Part shown: positions 38,986-48,009 of the stretch, piece by piece
Position numbering within the stretch: position 1 is the first letter of the stretch
Layout of the letters: each line of letters opens with the position of its first letter
Source: an uncultured Alphaproteobacteria bacterium
Lineage (GTDB): Bacteria > Pseudomonadota > Alphaproteobacteria > Rs-D84 > CACZYB01
Length of the DNA: 64,000 bases
NCBI GenBank assembly: GCA_944392955.1
Contig: CALXYK010000004.1
Location: forward strand, 69,048 to 133,047
Reading direction: 5' to 3'
Notes under the pieces: model-generated
Databases searched by the model: none
What the model saw: only the letters and a program-made list of their open reading frames with translations
Told to the model about the DNA's origin: nothing
Made by a program: the position numbers and the translations under genes

Positions 38986-41124
38986 CTATTCTATAAAAGT
39001 TTTCAATTTTTTAGCCCTAGTTGGGTGTTTAAGTTTTCTAAGTGCTTTTGCCTCTATCTGTCTGATTCTTTCACGAGTAACAGAGAATTGTTTACCAACT
39101 TCCTCCAATGTATGATCGCTGTTCATACCTATACCAAACCTCATACGAAGAACTCTTTCTTCACGAGGAGTCAAAGTAGATAAAACCTGAGAAGTAATTT
39201 CCCTTAAATTACTATTAACAACAGCATCCAGCGGTTTAACAACATTTTTATCTTCAAGAAAATCTCTAAATGAACTATCCTCATCATCACCAACCGGAGT
39301 TTCCAAAGAAATAGGTGATTTCGCAATCCTAAGGACTTTTCTAACTCTATCAATAGGCATGCCTATTTTCTTAGCCAATTCTTCGGGTGTTGGTTCACGA
39401 CCTAAATCTTGCATCATAACCCTAGAAGTTTTCTTTAATTTTGTAATAGTTTCAATCATATGAACCGGAATACGTATAGTCCTTGCCTGATCAGCAATAG
39501 AACGAGTAATAGCCTGTCTTATCCACCATGTAGCATAGGTAGAGAATTTATAACCACGACGATATTCAAACTTATCTACTGCTTTCATAAGACCTATATT
39601 TCCTTCTTGAACTAAATCAAGGAATTGCAAACCTCTGTTTGTGTATTTTTTAGCAATAGAAATCACCAAACGAAGATTCGCCTCAATCATTTCTTTTTTT
39701 GCAGTTGATTCGAATTTTTCACCCTTTCTAACAACTTCAACAACATTTTTGTATTCTTTCAAAGGAAGCCCTGTCTCTGCTTCAACAGCCTGCATCTCAT
39801 TTTTGATTCTGTTAATTTCATCTATATGAACCGTTGTAAACCTTTTCCAATCTTTTGATGAAATTTTAGAAACTTTTTTAATCCATGCATCGGTTAAACC
39901 TGTCTCTTTATACCTTTCAAGGAAATCTTCACGTTTAATCCTTGAATTTTCAGCCAACCTTAATAAACGTCCCTCCAAAGATAATAATTTTCTATTTTTT
40001 TCAGTCATTTCATCAAGCAACTCTGTAATTCTTAAATCATTTAATTTAATAGTTGCCATATAAGAAACTAACTCAAAATAAAGTTTAGCATGCTTTGCCT
40101 TAAAAGAAGCAAGATCCATTTTATTTTTGGCATCTATTTTCTTATCTTCAAGCCTATTTATTTTAGCATAAACCTTCTTAATATTTTCAAAAGTTTCTAA
40201 AACCGTAGGACGAAGAGATTCTTCCATCGCATTAACTGGAATCTGAGAACTATCTTCATACAAATCTGCTTCATCAAGATTTTCATCATCTAAATCATCT
40301 ATATCGGTATCATCTTCATTTAAATCTTCTTCAGAAACATCCTTATCCATATAGACATCACCATACATTAAATCAAGATTTATTATATCGCGAAGTTGTA
40401 TTTCTTCTTTCAAAAGACTATCATACCAACCAAGTATTTTTTTAACAGTCATAGGACTATCACAAAGTCCTTCTATCATTAATTTTCTTCCTGCTTCAAT
40501 CCTTTTGGCAATGGCGATTTCACCAACTCTTGAAAATAATTCAATAGTTCCCATAGCCCTAAGATAATTTCTAACAGGATCGCTACTTCTACTTTCAATA
40601 AATTTAGCTTCATCACTATCATCTTGATGTGATGAAAGAAATTCTTTTAAGGCAACATTATTTTCTATTTTTGCCCTACTAACACCATACACTTCATCAG
40701 ATTCAGAAGAATTTGCTTCCTCTTCACTTTCATCATCTTCGTCATCATAGGCAGAAGAAACAGATTCCTCGGCAAAATCAGACCCCAAAGATAATTCTTC
40801 CCCTTCATCATATTCTTCCTTAACATTGATACCAATTTCAGAAATTCTGATTAAGGCATCTTCCGTTTCTTCCATTGACAAACCATCTAGACCGGAAGCA
40901 TATTCAATCATAGACCTAGAAACCACACCTTTTTTTTGTGCTCTTTTTATAAGTTTTTTCAGATTTTCAGACAAGCCAGAAATCAAAAACTCCGTAGCAA
41001 TTTCTTCCGGAGTCAATTTACTATTCAACATACTTTCTGTCTTCAAAGCATCAGAATTTTCAACACTTTTTTGTTGATTTGAATTTTCAATAGATTTTTT
41101 CTTAAAAAACACCATAAACACCAC
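38986..41124 (-). CDS. rpoD: RNA polymerase sigma factor RpoD (sigma70)
   Basis: A 712-aa protein. The acidic region 1.1 and non-conserved region (long D/E tracts), region 2 ([15 protein letters not shown]), region 3, and region 4 with the HTH ([30 protein letters not shown]) are all present. Confidence 0.9.
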   Translation of the reverse strand: MVFMVFFKKKSIENSNQQKSVENSDALKTESMLNSKLTPEEIATEFLISGLSENLKKLIKRAQKKGVVSRSMIEYASGLDGLSMEETEDALIRISEIGINVKEEYDEGEELSLGSDFAEESVSSAYDDEDDESEEEANSSESDEVYGVSRAKIENNVALKEFLSSHQDDSDEAKFIESRSSDPVRNYLRAMGTIELFSRVGEIAIAKRIEAGRKLMIEGLCDSPMTVKKILGWYDSLLKEEIQLRDIINLDLMYGDVYMDKDVSEEDLNEDDTDIDDLDDENLDEADLYEDSSQIPVNAMEESLRPTVLETFENIKKVYAKINRLEDKKIDAKNKMDLASFKAKHAKLYFELVSYMATIKLNDLRITELLDEMTEKNRKLLSLEGRLLRLAENSRIKREDFLERYKETGLTDAWIKKVSKISSKDWKRFTTVHIDEINRIKNEMQAVEAETGLPLKEYKNVVEVVRKGEKFESTAKKEMIEANLRLVISIAKKYTNRGLQFLDLVQEGNIGLMKAVDKFEYRRGYKFSTYATWWIRQAITRSIADQARTIRIPVHMIETITKLKKTSRVMMQDLGREPTPEELAKKIGMPIDRVRKVLRIAKSPISLETPVGDDEDSSFRDFLEDKNVVKPLDAVVNSNLREITSQVLSTLTPREERVLRMRFGIGMNSDHTLEEVGKQFSVTRERIRQIEAKALRKLKHPTRAKKLKTFIE

Positions 41125-41209
41125 AACTTAAAGTTAAAAGGAAACACACTAACAAAGACTCTTTCTAATACTTTTTATGACAAAAGTCAATTTATTTTAG
41201 AAAAAAGCC

Positions 41210-41821
41210 TTATTTTTCTTCATCACTCTCAGTTTTTTTAGCTTTTTTTTCAGCTTTTCTAGCCAAAGTTTCAGCTTTTTTAAGTTCTCTTTCTGCCTTT
41301 GCATCAGCATCCAATATTGCTTTAGTCAAATCAAATTCTGAACAAATACCCAACAAAACAGGATTTCTAGGTTGTATTTCAGAAATACTTTTGTGTGTTC
41401 TTTCACGAATAGCATTTATAGTAGATTTAGTAGTCCTAACTAACTTACAAATTTGAGCATCTGAAATATTTGGATGATTTTTAATAAGCCACATAATAGC
41501 ATCAGGTCTATTCTGTCTATGAGCCATAGGTGTGTATCTAGATTTAACTTCATGACTTTTTCTAATAAATTCTTCTGAGTTTTTATTAAGGACAAGTCTT
41601 AAATCTGGATTTTTTTCACATTTTTCAATATCTTCCTTTGAAAGCATACCATTTAAAATAGGACTTGTTCCTACTATATAATCAGTTTGTTCCCTATCTG
41701 CCAAAGCCTGAACTTCCAAAACATGCATACCACAAAAATCTGCAATTTGTTCAAAAGTCAAAGCAGTATTATCAATCAACCAAACAGCCGTAGCCTTAGG
41801 CATTAAAATTTTTCCAACCAT
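41210..41821 (-). CDS. Conserved alphaproteobacterial DUF1013-like protein (203 aa), putative regulator
   Basis: I recognise the N-terminus LMPKATAVWLIDNTALTFEQIADFCGMHVLEVQ as the DUF1013 family found in Caulobacterales, Rhizobiales and Rickettsiales. The C-terminal tail is Lys/Glu-rich. Not verified by a search. Confidence 0.45.
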   Translation of the reverse strand: MVGKILMPKATAVWLIDNTALTFEQIADFCGMHVLEVQALADREQTDYIVGTSPILNGMLSKEDIEKCEKNPDLRLVLNKNSEEFIRKSHEVKSRYTPMAHRQNRPDAIMWLIKNHPNISDAQICKLVRTTKSTINAIRERTHKSISEIQPRNPVLLGICSEFDLTKAILDADAKAERELKKAETLARKAEKKAKKTESDEEK

Positions 41822-41935
41822 AATAAACTCCTATAAAGTTCAAGGGATAAGATTATCCAATTATTAAAAACACTAATGTTTTATACTCATTTTTCAAAAT
41901 TTTCAAGTAATTATTAAAAAGAAAGAATTATTTTA

Positions 41936-41964
41936 TTGATTAGAAGTAAAAAAAATGCTATAAT
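41936..41964 (+). promoter_or_regulatory. Sigma70-like promoter (TTGATT-N17-TATAAT) for paralog A
   Basis: TTGATT at 41936-41941, a 17-nt spacer, and TATAAT at 41959-41964. The ORF-track TTG start at 41936 is actually the -35 element. The real ATG is at 41987. Confidence 0.45.
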
Positions 41965-41986
41965 AAATAGTATAAAAAGGGATAAA

Positions 41987-43447
41987 ATGAGGAAAACAAA
42001 AGGATTCATAACATGTTTACTTTTTGTATCAATATATCTTATTGATACTCCTTTTGTTAAGGCACAACGCAATTCTCGTCGTCAAACCAAAACAACAACC
42101 GCTTCAAACTATGCTTCATCATCTGGATTACGAACTAATACAACATTAAGATGTGATAAACCTGGTGATCCTGGATGTATCGGAAGTCAGGGAAGTGCTT
42201 TTCTATCCTGTGGTAAAAATGCTCAAAAAAATAGTTCTCAAACCGCATGTGAATGTATAGATCCACTAAATTATGTAATAAATCCTGCAAATCCAAATGA
42301 ATGTATTGCTAAAACAGATTCTTTTGCAATCGCAGGTAAAAAGGCATGTGGTAATGCCTTAATAAATGCAATAGAAATTGAATGTGAAAATTCTTTCTAT
42401 AACAACGGAATGAATGAGGATAACACAATAAAATGTTATGATGCAAACGACTTATTCTTAAAATTTGACACCTCATCAATAGTTGTTTTTATAGAAGGCA
42501 TTCAATACAAATATGACGATGCATGCTATGCATATACCGAGGAATTAACAAAAAGCATTGCCGAAGATTATAATTTAACAGGTGCAAATTCACCAAATTG
42601 TAAATTAAAACGAACCATTGCCGAGGCATCAAACGAATGTTTTCAGGCAGTATTATCAACAGGAAAGGCAATGGGAGCAACCAATGCAATAGAAACCAAA
42701 CTTGAAAGTCTTTGTGGTATACAGGGGTTAAGGACAAAATGGACTAAATTATTCGGGGAAGAGGAGTTAAAGGGAATAATATTCCCAACAAATATTCCTC
42801 AACTATATATCAATGCTGGTAAGTTAAACCCTGCTGATGGTTTAGAATTAGTTGGAAATGTTCTTGATGGGAAATTCACCGACAAAAGTAATACTTGGGA
42901 AAGGGATATAACTATGATATTAAATTCCCACCTAAACGAAGTTGCCAGTGCCTGTGGACAGGAATATGCCACACAAATGCACAATACCGACATACAGATA
43001 TCAGATGAAAAATCATCTCTTCAAAGAGCTATTGACGAACAAGGTAGCATAAAGGGTGCACAAACATGGATAATGCAACAAGCATCTACTATAATAGGTG
43101 AAAACAAGGCAAATAAACTTGTCCGCGAAGGAACAATTGGCGGCATTAAGGATGAAGATATAGGAAACAACTCTTCAACAACAATATTAGAGTTAAGCCA
43201 AATCACCGAAGAAGAATTAGCACAACAAAACAACTTAACTTCTGGAATATATCTATTAACTTCTGGGAATAAGTATAGAATTGTTGAAATAAGGAAAACT
43301 GGAACAGGTACAACTGCAACAATTGAATATAAAACCATTCCATATTCAAACGATTTACAACTTTCCACTGATGCTTTAAAAGCAATAATTGGAAAAGAGG
43401 AAGATACAACATTAAACCAAAATGATTATATATCATTAGATAATTAA
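41987..43447 (+). CDS. Secreted protein, paralog family member A (Arg-rich mature N-terminus, conserved Cys blocks)
   Basis: ATG at 41987 (MRKTKGF...). The signal peptide is ...IDTPFVKA|QRNSRRQTKTTTAS. The shared block ITMILNSHLNEVASACGQEYATQMHNTDIQISDEKSSLQRAIDEQGSIKG aligns with members B and C. Confidence 0.65.
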   Translation: MRKTKGFITCLLFVSIYLIDTPFVKAQRNSRRQTKTTTASNYASSSGLRTNTTLRCDKPGDPGCIGSQGSAFLSCGKNAQKNSSQTACECIDPLNYVINPANPNECIAKTDSFAIAGKKACGNALINAIEIECENSFYNNGMNEDNTIKCYDANDLFLKFDTSSIVVFIEGIQYKYDDACYAYTEELTKSIAEDYNLTGANSPNCKLKRTIAEASNECFQAVLSTGKAMGATNAIETKLESLCGIQGLRTKWTKLFGEEELKGIIFPTNIPQLYINAGKLNPADGLELVGNVLDGKFTDKSNTWERDITMILNSHLNEVASACGQEYATQMHNTDIQISDEKSSLQRAIDEQGSIKGAQTWIMQQASTIIGENKANKLVREGTIGGIKDEDIGNNSSTTILELSQITEEELAQQNNLTSGIYLLTSGNKYRIVEIRKTGTGTTATIEYKTIPYSNDLQLSTDALKAIIGKEEDTTLNQNDYISLDN

Positions 43448-43457
43448 GGAGAAAAAT

Positions 43458-44819
43458 ATGACTAAAAAATTAATTGCATTGATAGGACTTTCACTATTAT
43501 TTTCACCTCAATCCAATGCGGCAAGGAATACACGTAGAGCAAGCAGTAATACACGATCTGCCTCTCAAAATGTTAGGGTAACAGGACGCACCGTAAACAT
43601 AAATGCGAATGTTTCTGATACTACATATACAGAAACAGATTACTCTAAAATAGCACCCGCAACAGATCCTATTGCAAAAAGGAAATGTACCGAACTTGTA
43701 GTAGAAGCCCTAACCGAATATTGTGGCACTGATGAAGAAAACAAGGAATGTAATAATACGACAGAAGGTTCAAATGAATCTTGTGGCACTGTTAAAAAAT
43801 GTAAAAATGCAACAGAAGCCTATGCAAAAATAAAAATAGAAGATAATCCAAACGGACCTAACGAAATTTATTGTGCTAATTTCATAGAAGAGGCAGTAAA
43901 CAACCTATGGGATTCATTCGATACTTACAAGGCAACAAATGAAAAAAATTGTAATATTGCTTTGGCACGATCCCTTGCTGCCGAAGAATGTTATAGATAT
44001 GCATTAACACAAAAAAATGTTAGATTCTCCATAAACTCCTTTGAAACATTCAAAGAAGAAGAACTCTCAATGTGTAATAAAGCAGCCGTTGTAAAAATAT
44101 ATAAAACAATATCAAACGGAGATACTATAACAGAAGATGAAGCTGGTGACAATATTGCAAGTTATTTTTCCAAGGTTGGTGCAAGTGGCTGGACAAATCT
44201 AGCAGTATACACAAGATTGCTTGACGCAAACGTTGATCTTACAACAACTGAATTCCCACGTGATTTAATCTTATTGGTAAATAGTTTGAAATCCCAAGGA
44301 AATATGATGTGTGGTCAGGATCATTATACCGAACTTGTTGATGCAAATATCCAATTGATTGATAAGACTGGATCTTGGGAAAAACAAATCAAAGAAAAAG
44401 GAGCAATTGCTGGTACCGCAGATTATATTGCAGATACAACAGAATCTATCGTAAATCTAAGGACTTTATTGTCTAATACAATAAAATCAGACAAAGCTGA
44501 AAAAACAGCTCAAAATGCAGAAAAAGCAACTGAAAAACTAGCAGAAATAGATAATGACATTACAATCATAACTGCAAATATTTCAAGATTATCAGATGAG
44601 AACAAAAACAAAAAAGATACAGATAATAACGAAGATTTATCTTTATCAGAACACTTAAATAAAATTTCTGATTTACGAAATAATCTTCCTGAACAAACTG
44701 CAAATGACTACTCTGATAAAATAAAAGAGCTAGAAAAGGAAATCAAAAACACAAAAACTAAATTTAAAAAAGTAAAAGGTAATGAAATAGACTATAATAT
44801 CAACTACCGAAATTCATAA
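43458..44819 (+). CDS. Secreted protein, paralog family member B
   Basis: An SD (AAGGAG) precedes the ATG at 43458. The signal peptide is ...LLFSPQSNA|ARNTRRASSNTRSAS. It shares blocks with C: KRKCTELVVEALTEYCG, NNLWDSFDTYKATNEKNCNIALARSLAAEECYRYALTQKN, and FPRDLILLVNSLKSQGNMMCGQDHY...WEKQIKEKGAIAG. Confidence 0.7.
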   Translation: MTKKLIALIGLSLLFSPQSNAARNTRRASSNTRSASQNVRVTGRTVNINANVSDTTYTETDYSKIAPATDPIAKRKCTELVVEALTEYCGTDEENKECNNTTEGSNESCGTVKKCKNATEAYAKIKIEDNPNGPNEIYCANFIEEAVNNLWDSFDTYKATNEKNCNIALARSLAAEECYRYALTQKNVRFSINSFETFKEEELSMCNKAAVVKIYKTISNGDTITEDEAGDNIASYFSKVGASGWTNLAVYTRLLDANVDLTTTEFPRDLILLVNSLKSQGNMMCGQDHYTELVDANIQLIDKTGSWEKQIKEKGAIAGTADYIADTTESIVNLRTLLSNTIKSDKAEKTAQNAEKATEKLAEIDNDITIITANISRLSDENKNKKDTDNNEDLSLSEHLNKISDLRNNLPEQTANDYSDKIKELEKEIKNTKTKFKKVKGNEIDYNINYRNS

Positions 44820-44837
44820 CTTTTTTAAAAACAACCT

Positions 44838-44870
44838 AAAAAAACTCCTATCAAATAGGAGTTTTTTTTA
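44838..44870 (+). terminator. Rho-independent terminator after paralog B
   Basis: AAAAAACTCCTAT-caa-ATAGGAGTTTTTTTTA. Confidence 0.65.
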
Positions 44871-44914
44871 AATAATCCTTGCCCTACTTTCAAAACAATG
44901 ATATAATGAATGGT

Positions 44915-47362
44915 ATGAAAAAATTTTTATTTGCATTATTTTTATTTTTCACAATTCCTGTTTTTGCAAACGATGGAACCGATAATTCTGTAAAAAAACA
45001 ATTAAACATAAAATTTGAACAAAACACTCCAAATAATTTAAAAAAGGCAGCATCAAAATTTATTGAAATAAAGGATCTATATTGTCAAAATAACAACAAT
45101 GCCTTATGTTCAAAATCATATCAATATTCAAATATTTTATCTCAAATAAACACCGCAACCTTTGAACCTACTACTGAAAATTTTCAACTTATTGCAAATT
45201 TTTATAAGGAATTACAGGAATTTTCCAACGAACAAAACAGAATTGAAACCGCCAATAAAAATGACCTTATCGCTCAAATACAAACTAAAAAAACTTTGTT
45301 AAAAACTAACCTAAATAATTTAATAGACTTATTAAATAAGGAAAATTCATTACTTCCAAACCCATTACCACAGGATAAACAATTATCAAAGAATCTAACC
45401 AAACTTTCAAAGGATGATTTAAATAAAAACGACACAAATTTAAAAACACGACAAACCCAACTTACAAATTTAAAATTGCATAATGCACAAAAGGAAATAA
45501 CTTCTGATATACAAATACCTGAAAATATACAAAATTTATCAGAACAAGAATTGAAAAATATTTTACAAACAATAAGTGAGCAGGAAACTGCTATCAACAA
45601 CCAAATTCAACTTACAAATAACAATATAACTATTTTAGAAACAGAAAATGCATCTAAGGAAGCAGAATACAAAAATCTTTTACAAGAATTAACAAAGGCA
45701 AAACAAAAACAGGCTGAACTTTTAAATAAAAAAGATCTTGTCCCAGATAATAAAGGTAATGATAAAAATACCAACGACAAATTATTCAACGAACTTAAAA
45801 ATACAATTACTGATGAAAATAAAAATAATATTAAACAATACAATATCGTTGCAGAATCTTATTCTACAAACGAAGACATTGAAAAGATAAAACAAGAAAT
45901 AGAAAATGTAAATAATAACACAAAACTTCTTGAAAACTTCTTAAATAATCAAAAAAATGAATTGGAAAAATGTGAAAAGGAATTATCATCTATAATAACA
46001 AATATTGATGAATTAAAACCTATGACACTTGAACAATGTCAAAAGGAACTTAAAAAAGCACAAGATGAAAAAATAGAAAAAGAATGTATCGCAGAAAGAT
46101 TAAAGGAATGTTCCGATGAAATAGGAAACCTAAAATCTTTATTCAAATCATCTGTTCAAAATGGAACACCTGACGGATACAAATACCTATACGAAAGTAG
46201 AACTTCATATTGTGCCGATGAAAACAATCCTGTATATGGTGTTGAATGGGTTGGCAATGTTGCTAAAAAAGTAGATACTTTGAAATGGATGTTAAAACCA
46301 ACAAAAAATGTGGAAAATAATCAATGTAGATACAATAATTCCCTACACACAATTACAATATTATCTTTATCCGATGCAAAGGAAAAACTTAAAACTTGTG
46401 TCCGTGATTTAAGACTATTGCAAGAAATAGAAAAGGAATGTAGCGGACTAACTCCTTTACCTGACATATCTGAGATAAAGGGAAGTTCCAATGTTGAAAA
46501 TTATATAAACATAAAGGAAAGCGATTTTAATCAATGTCAAAATAGCATAACTTTATACAAAGGTGTACCTAATACAGCTACTATCGGAAACAACAAGGCA
46601 ATAAAATATTGTAGGAATGCTATTGCATCCGAAGCTTGCAACACCTATCTTGCTGGTGCAATATTGAAATACAAACAAAAAGGATATAATTATTCTTTAA
46701 CCATTCCTGATAACAAATTATCTACCTGTAAATCATACATAGAAGAAAGTTTATGTAATAAATACAGGACAGAAAATAGTATAACTGAAAAACCAACTAC
46801 ACAAAGTGGACAGGAAAGTTATGCCTATACAACTCAGTGTCTAGAATTAGATAATGCTTATGCAAAGATAAAGGAAAATCTAAATTCTATTTCCAGCAGT
46901 GAAATAACATCTTTGGGACAAATAATAAAAAATCAATATGGAAATTTATCTTGTGGATATGGTTGTAGTGCAAGTAGTTTGTTAAAGCGTTCTGATGCAA
47001 ATGATGGTAAGTATCAATCATCTTATGACAGCCAAATAAAATCTTTTGCTGAAAAATATAATGCATTATGTAAATACAATGATAAAACAAGTGCAATACA
47101 AAAAGTTGGAAAAGAAAAAAATAATAATCAATCAAAATACAAAGATGGTTCAATAGATAGCGAAATAGAAAATATTGAAGACATAATGTTTTTAAGGTTA
47201 AAGGAGTTAAATGTCCTAAACAAAAGTCAATTCAATGGAACATCATTAGATTTTCAAAAGAAAAGTTTTGCAAAATTCTTGTTCCATATATACATATACC
47301 ACCATAACTTAAACGCATCTGGATCAATATGTGATCAGGCAAAGGTAATAAGCGAACACTAA
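44915..47362 (+). CDS. Large secreted coiled-coil protein with a Cys-rich C-terminal third (about 815 aa)
   Basis: ATG at 44915 (MKKFLFALFLFFTIPVFA|NDG signal peptide). Residues ~100-430 are Asn/Lys/Glu/Leu-rich coiled-coil. The C-terminal ~350 aa carry at least 20 Cys in spaced pairs. A short motif NAYAKIKEN echoes member B (EAYAKIKIEDN). Confidence 0.6.
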   Translation: MKKFLFALFLFFTIPVFANDGTDNSVKKQLNIKFEQNTPNNLKKAASKFIEIKDLYCQNNNNALCSKSYQYSNILSQINTATFEPTTENFQLIANFYKELQEFSNEQNRIETANKNDLIAQIQTKKTLLKTNLNNLIDLLNKENSLLPNPLPQDKQLSKNLTKLSKDDLNKNDTNLKTRQTQLTNLKLHNAQKEITSDIQIPENIQNLSEQELKNILQTISEQETAINNQIQLTNNNITILETENASKEAEYKNLLQELTKAKQKQAELLNKKDLVPDNKGNDKNTNDKLFNELKNTITDENKNNIKQYNIVAESYSTNEDIEKIKQEIENVNNNTKLLENFLNNQKNELEKCEKELSSIITNIDELKPMTLEQCQKELKKAQDEKIEKECIAERLKECSDEIGNLKSLFKSSVQNGTPDGYKYLYESRTSYCADENNPVYGVEWVGNVAKKVDTLKWMLKPTKNVENNQCRYNNSLHTITILSLSDAKEKLKTCVRDLRLLQEIEKECSGLTPLPDISEIKGSSNVENYINIKESDFNQCQNSITLYKGVPNTATIGNNKAIKYCRNAIASEACNTYLAGAILKYKQKGYNYSLTIPDNKLSTCKSYIEESLCNKYRTENSITEKPTTQSGQESYAYTTQCLELDNAYAKIKENLNSISSSEITSLGQIIKNQYGNLSCGYGCSASSLLKRSDANDGKYQSSYDSQIKSFAEKYNALCKYNDKTSAIQKVGKEKNNNQSKYKDGSIDSEIENIEDIMFLRLKELNVLNKSQFNGTSLDFQKKSFAKFLFHIYIYHHNLNASGSICDQAKVISEH

Positions 47363-47363
47363 A

Positions 47364-47966
47364 ATGATTTCAAAACTAAAAGGCATAATAGACACAATAA
47401 CTGATAACCAAATAATAGTAGATGTAAATGGTGTCGGATATGGTGTCTTTGTATCACTATCAACGATATCAAAAATAACACTAAACTCACCTATATCTTT
47501 GTGGATAGAAACCATAGTAAGAGAAGATAGCATCACTCTTTACGGATTTTTATCACAAAATGAACATGATTATTTTAATTTATTAATAACCGTTCAAGGC
47601 ATCGGGCCAAAGGCAGGATTATCAATACTATCCGCATTATCTCCCGAACAAATATCTTCTGCTATTATTTCAAACGATATTTCTGCATTTACATCTGCAA
47701 ATGGCATTGGTAAGAAAACCGCCGAACGAATAATAACAGAATTAAAAGATAAAATAACAAAAACAAATATCAACTTGGAATTATCAAATATTTCAACTGA
47801 GATAAAAACAAATACAAAAACCGAAGATGCAATTTCTGCACTTCAAAACCTTGGATACACACGATCTCAAAGTTTTGAAATAGTTGTAAAAATAATAAAC
47901 AACACCCCTGATATATCATTAAATGATTTAATAAAATTATCATTAAAAGAAATAAATAATTTCTAA
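47364..47966 (+). CDS. ruvA: Holliday junction DNA helicase subunit RuvA
   Basis: A 200-aa protein. N-terminal OB-fold (MISKLKGIIDTI...VDVNGVGYGV), two HhH motifs (GIGPKAG, GIGKKTAERI) and C-terminal domain III are present. There is no ruvB downstream. Confidence 0.85.
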   Translation: MISKLKGIIDTITDNQIIVDVNGVGYGVFVSLSTISKITLNSPISLWIETIVREDSITLYGFLSQNEHDYFNLLITVQGIGPKAGLSILSALSPEQISSAIISNDISAFTSANGIGKKTAERIITELKDKITKTNINLELSNISTEIKTNTKTEDAISALQNLGYTRSQSFEIVVKIINNTPDISLNDLIKLSLKEINNF

Positions 47967-48009
47967 AAAAACCTTTAAAAAATATAAAAATTATAGTATA
48001 ATACAAAAC

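Noticed and set aside
41936-41986. ORF-track TTG start of paralog A (MIRSKKNAIINSIKRDK...)
   Set aside because: That TTG is the -35 hexamer of a TTGATT-N17-TATAAT promoter. The ATG at 41987 follows the -10 element by about 22 nt and begins a proper signal peptide.
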